Made by a program: the position numbers and the translations under genes. From an uncultured Rhodospirillales bacterium (lineage in GTDB: Bacteria; Pseudomonadota; Alphaproteobacteria; Rhodospirillales; JAPHRK01), in the NCBI GenBank assembly GCA_965368335.1, contig CBDUMN010000006.1:1-61401 (forward strand): DNA of 61,401 bases, in the 5' to 3' direction. Of the stretch, positions 35,888 through 45,780 are shown piece by piece; within the stretch, counting starts at the first letter, position 1; each line of letters opens with the position of its first letter. Under the pieces are notes generated by a model. The model was not told where the DNA came from and made no database searches. It worked only from the letters and a program-made list of their open reading frames with translations.

Positions 35888-36171
35888 TCAAGCCTGTCCT
35901 TAAAATAACATTCCCTATAGGGCCAGCTTACTACCGATAGGTTATCTGGGATAGCGTGCGCTGCATTGTTTTGATAATGCGAAAACATGCTTATCCAGAA
36001 GAAACAAAGGGTTAGTTGAATGTTTTTAATCCTTGTGCTACACCTAATAGTTAAGGAGTGTGAGTTTTGGACAACAAAAAGCTGCTAATAGCAGTCCGAA
36101 TTCATTAATTTTGATCTTCCATCGTCGGAGCCGAACGGCGGTTAGGGCATTTCGCATCACTGGGGGGTGCA

Positions 36172-36534
36172 ATGCACGACTTTGCTTTTTATCTATCCGT
36201 CATGGCTGGGATGGGGGTCATTCTGGCAACTGTTCAACAAATCTCGGACCGTTCTTTTCAGCGCCGGGCAAGTGTTGCGAAAGCCTTTGTTCTGTCGATT
36301 GTGTTTCTGGCTTTATTTCAGATTTTTCCAATCGTTTATTTCCGTATCATGATGAACCATATCAACAATGCCGATGCTGCCATGGGCTTGTTATGCGCTT
36401 TTGGTGGGTTTGTGTTTTTTTGGTTGGTTTTGGAAAAAGTTATTCCCAAAAAGCCAGAGCCAACCATCAATAAACCTCGCCCGGGAGAGGCGGCTCGGGC
36501 TTATGCAAAGGTTGTTGCCAGGCGGGAATACTAG
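36172..36534 (+). CDS. Hypothetical membrane protein (3 TM)
   Basis: 120 aa with three hydrophobic segments; G-rich SD. Confidence 0.65.
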   Translation: MHDFAFYLSVMAGMGVILATVQQISDRSFQRRASVAKAFVLSIVFLALFQIFPIVYFRIMMNHINNADAAMGLLCAFGGFVFFWLVLEKVIPKKPEPTINKPRPGEAARAYAKVVARREY

Positions 36535-36551
36535 ATTGAGACAAATCCGCT

Positions 36552-37832
36552 CTAGCCGGTTATCAGAACGGCGCGGAAGTCGTTAACATTGGTTAGTGTA
36601 GGGCCGGTCACTATCAAGTCACCGAGTTCCTTGAAAAATGCATAAGAATTGTTTTCCGCTAGATATTTCTCTGGGTCGAGCCCTTGTTGCTCGGCGCGGG
36701 CCAAGGTGTCCGGGCTGATGAATGCGCCTGCGTTGTCCTCGCTGCCGTCCACCCCGTCGGTGTCGCAGGCAAGGGCGTAAATGCCCGGATGGCCGTCGAG
36801 TGCGATTGCCAACGCCAGGGCGAATTCCGTATTCGGGCCGCCTTTGCCGGACCCTCTGAGTGTCACAGTAGCTTCGCCCCCGGAAAGAAGAACGCAGGGA
36901 AAGTGCGTGTCGGTTTTTCCTGCTGCGAGTTCAAGGATTAGTTTGGCTTGTTGCCGGGCGAGACTCCGGGCTTCTCCTTCAAGCGCATCGCCGAGGATGG
37001 CCGCTGAAACACCTTTCACCTCGGCTTGTGTAGCTGCTGCGTCGAGGCTGGCTTGAGGTGTCGCAATCAACCGGTTGACGACGTCCTTAAAGCAAGGTGT
37101 GTCATGGGGCGGTGTTTCTCCTTCGGCACTATTAAGGTAAGCGGCGATGCCGGACGGTGGCATGATACCATAACGTTTTAGAATGTTCAGGGCATCCTGT
37201 CGGGTTGTCCGGTCGGGGACGGTCGGACCGGAAGCTATGGTTTCGAGATCATCTCCCGGTACGTCGGAAATAATCAACGAAATCACCTGGGCGGGTGCGC
37301 AGGCTTCGGCCAGTCGCCCTCCTTTGGCCAGTGAGAGGTGACGCCGCACGGTATTGATTTTATCGATTGGCGCGCCGCAGGTCAGGAGGTCGCGGGTCAA
37401 CGCTTGTTTTTCCTCAAGCGATACGCCTTTCGGTGGTTGGACGAATAGCGCCGAGCCACCGCCCGAGATGAGGCAAATGACCAGATCGTCGGGTGTCAGG
37501 TTGGAAACTGTCTCGAGAATTTCCCGTGTCGCCTCTACCCCTGCCTGATCGGGCACCGGATGAGAGGCTTCCAATACTTTGATCGTTTTGCAAGGGACCT
37601 TATGTCCGTAACGGGTGACAATGACACCCTCAAGGGGAGCGTCCCAGACTTCTTCTACGACCTGCGCCATCGCCGCGGCTCCTTTTCCGAACCCTACGAC
37701 GACTGTTCGGCCCTTGGGAGGGGGCGGTAAGTGTTTGGGCAGACAGTGCGCGGGTTGAGCCGCTTTCAGCGCCGCTTCGAAGAGGCTTCTAAGAAACGTT
37801 TTTGGTTTATTGGGAAAGTGGCTCGATGGCAT
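36552..37832 (-). CDS. Glycerate kinase type 2 / MOFRL family (TtuD-like)
   Basis: GKGA, SHPVPD, SGGGSAL, SDVPGD, SGGE, TNVNDF. Confidence 0.93.
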   Translation of the reverse strand: MPSSHFPNKPKTFLRSLFEAALKAAQPAHCLPKHLPPPPKGRTVVVGFGKGAAAMAQVVEEVWDAPLEGVIVTRYGHKVPCKTIKVLEASHPVPDQAGVEATREILETVSNLTPDDLVICLISGGGSALFVQPPKGVSLEEKQALTRDLLTCGAPIDKINTVRRHLSLAKGGRLAEACAPAQVISLIISDVPGDDLETIASGPTVPDRTTRQDALNILKRYGIMPPSGIAAYLNSAEGETPPHDTPCFKDVVNRLIATPQASLDAAATQAEVKGVSAAILGDALEGEARSLARQQAKLILELAAGKTDTHFPCVLLSGGEATVTLRGSGKGGPNTEFALALAIALDGHPGIYALACDTDGVDGSEDNAGAFISPDTLARAEQQGLDPEKYLAENNSYAFFKELGDLIVTGPTLTNVNDFRAVLITG

Positions 37833-38880
37833 CGTTCCAGCTCTGTTTATCAATTGTTTCTCTTAGTTCATCGGCAAGTCGTTCGGCTTCGTTGGCTGCC
37901 GTACGCCAGTTGGCGATGCGTTCATCGTTATCCATCTTGACGAAATCCTGACGGATTGGAATTTTTTTATCGGGCAATCTGGCTATAAATTCAGGCGATG
38001 GGGTTAGGATGACCGTTCTCGATAGCCGGGAGGGTGGCGTTCGCCGCCAAGGCAAGTGCTTGTCGAGCCATCCCGGTTTGACCGTTGGCGCATAGTGGGG
38101 GTAGAGAACGATTCCGTCTGCGTCGTTGGCTAGCAGTGGCGAACCGAACTGATAATCGCTGACGCCACCATCCCGGTAGACGCCGGGCTCAGCCCCTGGA
38201 ATATCTTTTACCCCCTCAGTCACAATGGGAATGGCTCCGCTGGCCAGCACGGCGGCAGCCATGTTTTCTTCGCTCAGTGGGGCGTTCTCCGTTCTAAGGC
38301 CATCATCCCAATTGAATGTGGTTTGAGAACGGGGGTCGCTGAACAGGGCGCGGCGGAAGAAGAGATTGAGGCCGGTTCGTGAAACGGCGTTGGCGAAGAA
38401 GGCGGCCGTCGAAGGAATGCCGAGGCTGATCTTGCCTTCTCCCTCGGTCAGAACGGTCGAACGAACGGTCATCACATGGGTGCGGACGATTGGGTTGGAG
38501 AGGATTTCCCTTGCGCCGTTTTTGCCGAGGATCGTCGATACCATTTCGGCGCATTGCTCTCGGATCATTCGGGGGGAAACCGAGAGATCGAAACGTGAGG
38601 TGATGTAAGTCTCCTCCAGCCGGGCTTGAGCTTGGGCCGGATCGGCTTGTCCAGCCGCTGCAAACCGCCATGCGCCTGATGAAGCGCCGATGATGTCGAC
38701 GGGGGTTTTACGGCCTTTGAACCATTCGCCGAAGATCACTCGGTCCATGCGGCCCAGAACCAGCCATTTAGGGCCGCCTGCCGCGCCGGGTACGATTTTG
38801 ACTGCTTCTTTGTCGAGCCCGTCCCGTTTGATTGTTTTGATTGCTTCCGGCCCTGCCAGAATCCGTAGATTTCGTGTCAT
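37807..38880 (-). CDS. Patatin-like phospholipase family protein
   Basis: GAAGGPKW, GASSG, ASGAIP, DGG. Confidence 0.85.
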   Translation of the reverse strand: MTRNLRILAGPEAIKTIKRDGLDKEAVKIVPGAAGGPKWLVLGRMDRVIFGEWFKGRKTPVDIIGASSGAWRFAAAGQADPAQAQARLEETYITSRFDLSVSPRMIREQCAEMVSTILGKNGAREILSNPIVRTHVMTVRSTVLTEGEGKISLGIPSTAAFFANAVSRTGLNLFFRRALFSDPRSQTTFNWDDGLRTENAPLSEENMAAAVLASGAIPIVTEGVKDIPGAEPGVYRDGGVSDYQFGSPLLANDADGIVLYPHYAPTVKPGWLDKHLPWRRTPPSRLSRTVILTPSPEFIARLPDKKIPIRQDFVKMDNDERIANWRTAANEAERLADELRETIDKQSWNDAIEPLSQ

Positions 38881-38956
38881 ACTGTGATCTGGGTCACTTT
38901 CGGTTAATCGGTTGAGTGATAAATTTGGTAGGTTTTGCAAGGTGCGGTCAACAAAA

Positions 38957-38972
38957 TTAGAATAGATTTAAC
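38957..38972 (+). promoter_or_regulatory. Near-consensus CtrA-type site upstream of the giant protein
   Basis: TTAG-N7-TTAAC (one mismatch). Confidence 0.35.
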
Positions 38973-38998
38973 CGCCTTGCCGCAAGGACGAGGGAAAA

Positions 38999-41900
38999 TT
39001 GAGACAAGCGCCGATCACCGCTCTCAATGCGTTTGATGCCGATACGTCATTCATGGACGTACGCGGGATGAAGAGCCCGTTTGTCCATTTGAGCAGTAAC
39101 GACTGGCTGCCGGAAGCCGACTACGCGCGCTTTGGTCCCGATTTAGTGATTTCCAACGATGGTGGCGAAAAAATCGTCCTTGTCGGCTACTTCGAAAACC
39201 CTGTCGATATGGCCGTTAAGGGCGCTAATGGCGTGATCATCCCCGCCCACATTGTCGATATCCTCGCCGGTCCCGAGGCTCCCATGCAGTTCGCCCAAGC
39301 TGGTGGCGGCGCTCTGGGTGAGCCCATCGGACAGGTTGAGACGCTGAACGGCACGGTAACCGTGGTGCGGGCCACTGGCGAAAAGGTGACGCTCAAACAG
39401 GGCGATTCGCTTTATCAAGGCGATGAACTGGTAACTGGAGCTGACGGTGCGGTTGGCGTGACCTTTGCCGATGAAAGCACCATGTCGCTCGATGCCGACG
39501 GTCGTCTTGTCCTCGATGAGTTGGTCTATGACGCCGGTGCAGCCGAAGGCGGCGGCTCCATGATGCTTCTGAAGGGGGCCATGACTTTCGTCTCCGGGCA
39601 AATCGCCAAAACAGACCCGGACGCCATGAATATCAAGACACCGGTCGCCACCATCGGTATTCGTGGAACGGCGGGCGGTGTGGTTGCCGGTGAGGGGGGC
39701 GAGACCTCCGTGGTGCTGCTCAGTGAGGCGGGGCAAGGTGGCGGAATCCTGACCGGGGAAATCACGGTCGCCACCTCGGGCGGCGTGGTCACGGTCAATG
39801 GCGGTTTCCAAGGCTTAAGTATCACTGACGGCACTCTGGCTCCGCCGCCGCCTCAAACCATGTCGCTCAATGAGTTCGGGACGGTTTTTGGTGGCGCTTT
39901 TGGCATGATCGCCAATCCTGGGGCTTTCCCGGCCGATGTGACGAATGCGGTAGATAAAATTGTCGCCCGTATCGATGCTGCCAGACTAGCACAGCAGGCC
40001 CAGCAAGAAGCCGATACGGCCCAACAGGAAGCCGATGCAGCGCGTCTGGCGGCCGAGAACGCCTCGCCGGAAGATAAGGCCGCCGCCGACCAACGAGCCG
40101 CGGAAGCCCAGGCTAAAGCCGATGTTGCCAGAGCAAATGCGGCAAAGGCTGAAACTGAACTGAACAATGCAACCCAGGAAGCCGACCAAGCGGTTAATCA
40201 GGCAGCCAATACGCTGGGTAATGACTCGTTGGCCGGTAACACAAACCTTACGGGTGGTGTCGTTTCGCAAAATGGCCAGGGTCAGTCGGTAGAAGGCCAA
40301 GGCGCCCAGGGGCAAAATAACACGCCAACCGGGACACAGGGCAACAACGGCAATACCAACCTGGAGGGCAACTCAGAAAAGGATAATCTTTTTGCGGATG
40401 TGGGCTTGAAAAATGGGGGTGATCAAAATGGACGGGAGGATGGTTCAAAAGACAAGACGATTGTGACCAAGGAACCCCCGCCGGATGACCCGTCCCCGCC
40501 GCCACCCAATAAGCCACCGGTTGTGGTGAATGCGATTCCCGATCAAACAGGAGAGGAAGGCGCGGCCTTTAACCTCACCTTGCCAGCGGACACCTTTAGC
40601 GACCCGGATGGGGATTCGTTGACCTACAGCGCGACATTCGCCGATGGCGCCCCCTTGTCTTCTCAAGGGATTACGTTCGATCTGAATGACCAGAATGAAT
40701 GGACGTTCTCTGGGACACTCGCCGCAGGGTCGGCTGGAACGCACAGTATTAAGGTCACGGTCACCGACGGTCGTGGCGGTTCCGTTTCGGACATCTTCAA
40801 TTTTACTGTTTCTGAAAACTATACCGAAACCCAGATCAACACGGAGACGGCGGGTAGCCAGCAAAATACAAGCGTAGCAGCGTTAAGCGACGGCGGTTGG
40901 ATCGTGGCTTGGGAGTCCCTCGGGCATGACAATGCCGATGCTGGGTGGGGCGTCTATGCGCAGATGTATAATGCCGATGGATCGGCAAATGGCTCTGAAT
41001 TTTTGGTCAATACCGAGACGGCTGATGCGCAACGCAATCCGCACGTTGTTGAATTGACGGATGGGGATTTCATGATTGCCTGGGATAGTTATAGCCAGGG
41101 AAGTGATGTCTATTCAGGAATCTACGCCCAGCGCTATAACCCTGATGGCAGCGTGGATGGAGCGGAAAAACATCTCAATAGCTCGACGGGTGGCAATGAA
41201 GCCAATCCGAACCTTATCGCCATGCCCGGCGGCGGTTATGCGCTGGTCTCCCGGCATGAGGGCGGGAACAGTGTTGAGTATTCCGATCAGTTTTTGCAGA
41301 TTTTCGATAGCGCCGATACCGAGATTCTCAGTGAGACTTTGATCAATACCTATACGACTCAGCATCAAAATCCTGCGTCGGCCGTTGCGACGGCCGACGG
41401 CAAGATTATAACGGTTTGGGAGTCCGATCAGCAGGATACAAGTTCGACAAAGGGTATCTTTGCAAAGGTCTTCGACCCGAGCGGCCCCACCTGGGGAGCC
41501 GAATTCCAGGTTAACGATCCGTCTTCTTATAATCAATACGCCCCGTCTGCTGCGGCTTTGGCGAATGGTAATGTGGTTGTCGCTTGGTCGGATTACGACA
41601 CGTCTAGTCAGGGCGTCAACGCCAAGATTTTCGATAGCAGCGGGACGGAGGTCGTCGGTCAGTTTCTTGTCAATTCCACGGCGACAAATGCCCAGTCGAC
41701 ACCTTCCGTTGCGACTTTAAGCGGCGATAATTTTGTCGTCGTCTGGCAGGGACAAGGTGATGATGGCGGCACGTCCTATGGGATTTACGGCCAGATATTC
41801 AATGCATCGGGTGGCAAAATCGGTGCTGAGTTCCAGATCAATACCGAAACCGCGGGCGACCAGACAGCGCCCCAGGTTGCCGTGCTTGCTGATGGTGATT

Positions 41901-44900
41901 TTATTGTCACCTGGGCGTCGGATGGTCAGGACGGTGATGGACTTGGCATTTATATGCAGCGGTTCAACGCCGATGGGACGACCAACGGAACGGCGATTAC
42001 GGTCAACAATACCGCGCCTGATTTCAGTTCCGGCGCAACCTTGGCTGCAGCATTGGAAAACGATGCGAACCCGGTAGGCGATACCGTCGCCTCGCTGTTT
42101 GGTAGCCAGTTCACCGATACCGACAGCGACGCCATGGCGGGGATCGCCATCACCGCGGATGCTTCAAACGGTGCGGAAGGCAGTTGGGAATACAGCACGG
42201 ATTCAGGGACGACGTGGCATTCTATCGGAACCGTTTCGACCGATGCTGCCTTGATGCTCGACACCACTGCAAAGCTACGGTTTGTACCGGTCGCCAGCTA
42301 CTCCGGTACGCCTGGTGCGTTGACGGTCCATGCCATCGATGATTCGGTAACCAATGGTTTTTCCTACGGCGCGACCCGTGCGCTTTTCGACACCACTACC
42401 GATGACGCTACATCAAGCGTTTCTGCAGCGGGATCGAGCCTTTCGACATCGGTGACTGGAGTTAACGATGCGCCATCGTTCAGCGCGGGCGGCAACTATG
42501 CGGCCATAGCGGAAGATTCGACCAGCCCCACCAGTTTTGATGTCCAGACACTGATTGGCGCGCAGTTCACCGATATCGATGGCGATGCCATGGCCGGTGT
42601 CGCCATTGCCGGGGATGCGTCGACGGCAAGCGAGGGCACTTGGCAGTACAGCACGGATGCAGGTACGACGTGGTACGATATCGGGACGGTCTCGACGAGT
42701 TCGGCGTTGCTGCTCGACAATTCGAGCCATATTCGTTTTATTCCCACTGCCGATTATAACGGAACTGTTGGTTCCTTGACCCTGCATGCAGTTGATGACT
42801 CCACGGCTCTGACCTTTACCAGCGGAACGACAAAACAGACATTCGACACGACGACTGATGACGCCACATCGCCCGTTTCGGCCAGTGGTATTTCCTACGG
42901 TATTGAGGGGATTAATGCGGTCAACGATGCGCCGACGCTCTCTGGTGATTATGCAACAACGAGCTTTAGCGCCGGTCAATCTATCGGGGCCACGGAAATC
43001 TACAATTATGTGGAAACGGGAGATTTCAACAACGATGGCAATCTTGATCTGGCGTTAGCAGACGGTACTGCGTCAGATGTAACGATCCGTCTGGGTGATG
43101 GAGCTGGAGGCTTCGGTGCTGAGTACACAGTGGTTTCGGGGGCTTATGGGCGCCTGCGTGTCGCCGATCTCAATGGCGATAATTATGACGATATCGTCAC
43201 TGGGGCTGGCGATGTTTATCTCAACAATCAGGATAATTCTTTTACCTCGAGTTTCAATTTCGGGACTATCAACCGGCAAACGGCTCTTGGTGATGCGGAT
43301 GGTGACGGCGATTTAGATCTATTGGTTCTCAATCAATCTATCGCACCGAAGCTTTATCTTAACGATGGGTCTGGCGGTTTTACGCTCGGACAAACCTTCA
43401 CTCAGCAGCAAACCACATTTAACGATACGGCAGTGGCCTTTGCAGATTTCGATGGTGATGGTGACCAAGATATTGTTCTTGGCGGTTGGGGCCAGGATGC
43501 CGAGGTTTGGGAAAACGACGGCACCGGAACCTACAGCTTTAACGGATATCTAAATAACAAGTACGATTCCGGCGGCGGAACCGATACCGGAACCGCCTCG
43601 ACCCTAGACATCGAAGCCGCCGATTTCGATGGTGATGGCGATATCGATCTCTATCTGAACAACCGCTATGGCCAGTCATTTGTCTTTAAGAACGATGGCG
43701 ATGGAAACCTGACATTTACCAAAGATGCAGGGTATGGCGGCACAGATGCCGGCCCTCTTGCGGGAACCAACGGACGCGAAAATTCTGCGATTGGCGATCT
43801 GGACGGTGATGGCGACCTGGATATTGTCGCCGCTCATTGGGACGGTGCGGATGAGTACCTGATCAATGATGGGACGGGTGTTTTCACCAATATCAACTCG
43901 ACCAACGCCATTACCACTTACACAAACGATACCTACCAATCGGCCGTTGGCGACTTTAACGGTGATGGATTGGCTGATGTGTTCAAGGCGAGCTACACGG
44001 CCGACCATAGTGAAGTTATTCTCAACACGTCCAATGAGGTGGACTACTGCTACCTGACCGATGTGGCGGTGAGCCCGTTTGCTTCTATGGTGATTGCCGA
44101 TGGGGACTCGACCAATATTGCTTCGGCCAACCTGACCATTACCGGATTTGCTGCAGGAGATGTCCTGTCTGTCGGTATGCCGGGCAGTTTGTCGGTCAAC
44201 TACAATACTTCGACGGGGGTCATGAATATTACCGGCGTCGATTCCATCGCCAATTATCAGACCGCTATTCAGAGCATCACCTTTACGAGCACTACTGACG
44301 CCACTGAAAGCCGGACCATCAGTCTGACGGTCAGTGATGACAGCGGTGGAATCTCTGATCCGCTTACCGCCAAGGTCAATCTCGTCAATACCGATCCCAT
44401 CGTGATTGATTTGGACGGCGACGGCATAGAGACCGTTTCGGCTTCTGAAGGTGTGAGGTTCGATATCGATGGTGATGGCGTGAAAGAGCAAACCGGTTGG
44501 GTTGCGCCTGACGATGGCTTGCTGGCGGCCGACCTTAACGATAATGGCTCGATTGATGATGTCGGTGAGTTGGTGTCGCCCTCGTTCAACTATGAGAATG
44601 CCAATCCGGGCGACCTGACCTCTTCGGCGGATGTGATGGCGCTTTATGATGAAAATAAAGACGGCCTGATTTCTTCTGAGGATGAAATCTACGACAAACT
44701 GGTTATTTGGCAGGATGCAAACAGCAACGGCATTTCAGAGGCTGGTGAATTGACCAGTCTTGCCGATGCCGGAATTGAAAGTCTCCAGCTTTCCTTCGTC
44801 AAGGCGGGCAAGAGCCAGGATGGCGCAACTTTGACCAAGCTTGGCGAAACCAACGGAACTGATGGTTCGACCGGGCAGTGGGGTGAGGTCGCCTTCGATT

Positions 44901-44959
44901 CCTATACAGTTGCGCCAAATCAGGATGATGAAACGGGCGTCACCGTCGCCGCCGAATAA
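38999..44959 (+). CDS. Large surface/adhesin-like protein (FecR domain, coiled coil, Ig/cadherin-like repeats, FG-GAP/VCBS repeats)
   Basis: 1986 aa; TPVATIGIRGT (FecR); FSDPDGDSLTY; seven E(F/T)xxN repeats; seven GDxxGDG.xD repeats; DPIVIDLDGDG C-terminal domain. Start codon uncertain. Confidence 0.9.
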   Translation: MRQAPITALNAFDADTSFMDVRGMKSPFVHLSSNDWLPEADYARFGPDLVISNDGGEKIVLVGYFENPVDMAVKGANGVIIPAHIVDILAGPEAPMQFAQAGGGALGEPIGQVETLNGTVTVVRATGEKVTLKQGDSLYQGDELVTGADGAVGVTFADESTMSLDADGRLVLDELVYDAGAAEGGGSMMLLKGAMTFVSGQIAKTDPDAMNIKTPVATIGIRGTAGGVVAGEGGETSVVLLSEAGQGGGILTGEITVATSGGVVTVNGGFQGLSITDGTLAPPPPQTMSLNEFGTVFGGAFGMIANPGAFPADVTNAVDKIVARIDAARLAQQAQQEADTAQQEADAARLAAENASPEDKAAADQRAAEAQAKADVARANAAKAETELNNATQEADQAVNQAANTLGNDSLAGNTNLTGGVVSQNGQGQSVEGQGAQGQNNTPTGTQGNNGNTNLEGNSEKDNLFADVGLKNGGDQNGREDGSKDKTIVTKEPPPDDPSPPPPNKPPVVVNAIPDQTGEEGAAFNLTLPADTFSDPDGDSLTYSATFADGAPLSSQGITFDLNDQNEWTFSGTLAAGSAGTHSIKVTVTDGRGGSVSDIFNFTVSENYTETQINTETAGSQQNTSVAALSDGGWIVAWESLGHDNADAGWGVYAQMYNADGSANGSEFLVNTETADAQRNPHVVELTDGDFMIAWDSYSQGSDVYSGIYAQRYNPDGSVDGAEKHLNSSTGGNEANPNLIAMPGGGYALVSRHEGGNSVEYSDQFLQIFDSADTEILSETLINTYTTQHQNPASAVATADGKIITVWESDQQDTSSTKGIFAKVFDPSGPTWGAEFQVNDPSSYNQYAPSAAALANGNVVVAWSDYDTSSQGVNAKIFDSSGTEVVGQFLVNSTATNAQSTPSVATLSGDNFVVVWQGQGDDGGTSYGIYGQIFNASGGKIGAEFQINTETAGDQTAPQVAVLADGDFIVTWASDGQDGDGLGIYMQRFNADGTTNGTAITVNNTAPDFSSGATLAAALENDANPVGDTVASLFGSQFTDTDSDAMAGIAITADASNGAEGSWEYSTDSGTTWHSIGTVSTDAALMLDTTAKLRFVPVASYSGTPGALTVHAIDDSVTNGFSYGATRALFDTTTDDATSSVSAAGSSLSTSVTGVNDAPSFSAGGNYAAIAEDSTSPTSFDVQTLIGAQFTDIDGDAMAGVAIAGDASTASEGTWQYSTDAGTTWYDIGTVSTSSALLLDNSSHIRFIPTADYNGTVGSLTLHAVDDSTALTFTSGTTKQTFDTTTDDATSPVSASGISYGIEGINAVNDAPTLSGDYATTSFSAGQSIGATEIYNYVETGDFNNDGNLDLALADGTASDVTIRLGDGAGGFGAEYTVVSGAYGRLRVADLNGDNYDDIVTGAGDVYLNNQDNSFTSSFNFGTINRQTALGDADGDGDLDLLVLNQSIAPKLYLNDGSGGFTLGQTFTQQQTTFNDTAVAFADFDGDGDQDIVLGGWGQDAEVWENDGTGTYSFNGYLNNKYDSGGGTDTGTASTLDIEAADFDGDGDIDLYLNNRYGQSFVFKNDGDGNLTFTKDAGYGGTDAGPLAGTNGRENSAIGDLDGDGDLDIVAAHWDGADEYLINDGTGVFTNINSTNAITTYTNDTYQSAVGDFNGDGLADVFKASYTADHSEVILNTSNEVDYCYLTDVAVSPFASMVIADGDSTNIASANLTITGFAAGDVLSVGMPGSLSVNYNTSTGVMNITGVDSIANYQTAIQSITFTSTTDATESRTISLTVSDDSGGISDPLTAKVNLVNTDPIVIDLDGDGIETVSASEGVRFDIDGDGVKEQTGWVAPDDGLLAADLNDNGSIDDVGELVSPSFNYENANPGDLTSSADVMALYDENKDGLISSEDEIYDKLVIWQDANSNGISEAGELTSLADAGIESLQLSFVKAGKSQDGATLTKLGETNGTDGSTGQWGEVAFDSYTVAPNQDDETGVTVAAE
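42008..42922 (+). repeat. Intragenic tandem duplication, two units of about 152-153 aa
   Basis: Both units contain QFTDxDxDAMAG.AI..DAS...EG.W.YSTD.GTTW..IGTVS...LT.HA.DDS...FDTTTDDATS.VSA. Confidence 0.85.
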
Positions 44960-44964
44960 AACAA

Positions 44965-45381
44965 TTATTCGATAATTAAGGGGATGGGCTGGAAGTCTTT
45001 TTCTTCTTCGACAGCGTAGGCTTGGGGCGTTCCCGCCTTGCCCTTTTCAACAGCGACAATCAACCAAATCAGTTCTTTATCGAGCGCCATCTTTTTATCG
45101 CGTTCCGATGGAATAGGGCTGCCGTCAGGGTGTGAGTGAAAATGCCCGACGATCCGTTCGCTCGATCCTTCCAACTCGCGCATGAGATCGAACTGAAATT
45201 TGGGATCGACCTCAAAACGGATTGTGGCGTCTTCGCTGGTGACGTTCGGTGCGGCTGCCACGCGGGTGACGGCAACATTGTCTCTTCCGGTCCCTACCAG
45301 CAGGCCGCACCCTTCGTTGGGATAGGCTGCTTCCAGGTGCCGGGTTATCCGCCCCAGTTGTTGAGGGGTGAGGCGGATCAC
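44965..45381 (-). CDS. JAB/MPN+ (M67, Mec-like) metallopeptidase
   Basis: EGCGLL and HSHP-x6-S-x2-D JAMM motif; GTG 45381 lies just after the upstream stop. Confidence 0.9.
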   Translation of the reverse strand: MIRLTPQQLGRITRHLEAAYPNEGCGLLVGTGRDNVAVTRVAAAPNVTSEDATIRFEVDPKFQFDLMRELEGSSERIVGHFHSHPDGSPIPSERDKKMALDKELIWLIVAVEKGKAGTPQAYAVEEEKDFQPIPLIIE

Positions 45382-45382
45382 C

Positions 45383-45757
45383 TTACTTGAGCGGTTCCAG
45401 GTTGAGACGGCCGACGACTGCGCCACCGTTCATGTCGACGATGGTCAGGCTATCGGAACCATCGGACCCTTTGAGGTGGAGAATCAGATAAGAGCCGTTG
45501 GGGGTGACGCCTTCCAGTGTCTCGCCTGGGGCCAGAGGAACGGACTTGGTGCCGAAAGATTTCAACGGTGTTTGCGGCGCTGCAGAGGCGATTGGCGCCG
45601 CAGGAGTGGCGGGGGCGGAGGCTGTCGGCGCCCCGGAATCCTTGAAGAATTTAAACCCAGGGTCGGTGGCTTTTTTGTATAGCCCGTATCCGAGAACTCC
45701 CATACCAATGACGATCAGCAATCCCATGCCGATCACTAAACCCTTGAGCGCCTGCAT
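45383..45757 (-). CDS. Hypothetical membrane-anchored protein
   Basis: LKGLVIGMGLLI N-terminal TM and an Ala/Pro linker; divergent from rluD. Confidence 0.8.
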   Translation of the reverse strand: MQALKGLVIGMGLLIVIGMGVLGYGLYKKATDPGFKFFKDSGAPTASAPATPAAPIASAAPQTPLKSFGTKSVPLAPGETLEGVTPNGSYLILHLKGSDGSDSLTIVDMNGGAVVGRLNLEPLK

Positions 45758-45780
45758 CGTTTCGGTCCAGTCTCCGATGG

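Noticed and set aside
40826-44030. Periodic DNA similarity that could suggest a CRISPR or DGR array
   Set aside because: The repeats are degenerate, in frame, and explained by protein repeats. No Cas or reverse transcriptase gene is present.
37807-45381. Patatin plus JAB as a type II CBASS system
   Set aside because: No CD-NTase or E1-E2 (Cap2) gene is present, the two genes are 6 kb apart, and each has housekeeping-type neighbours.
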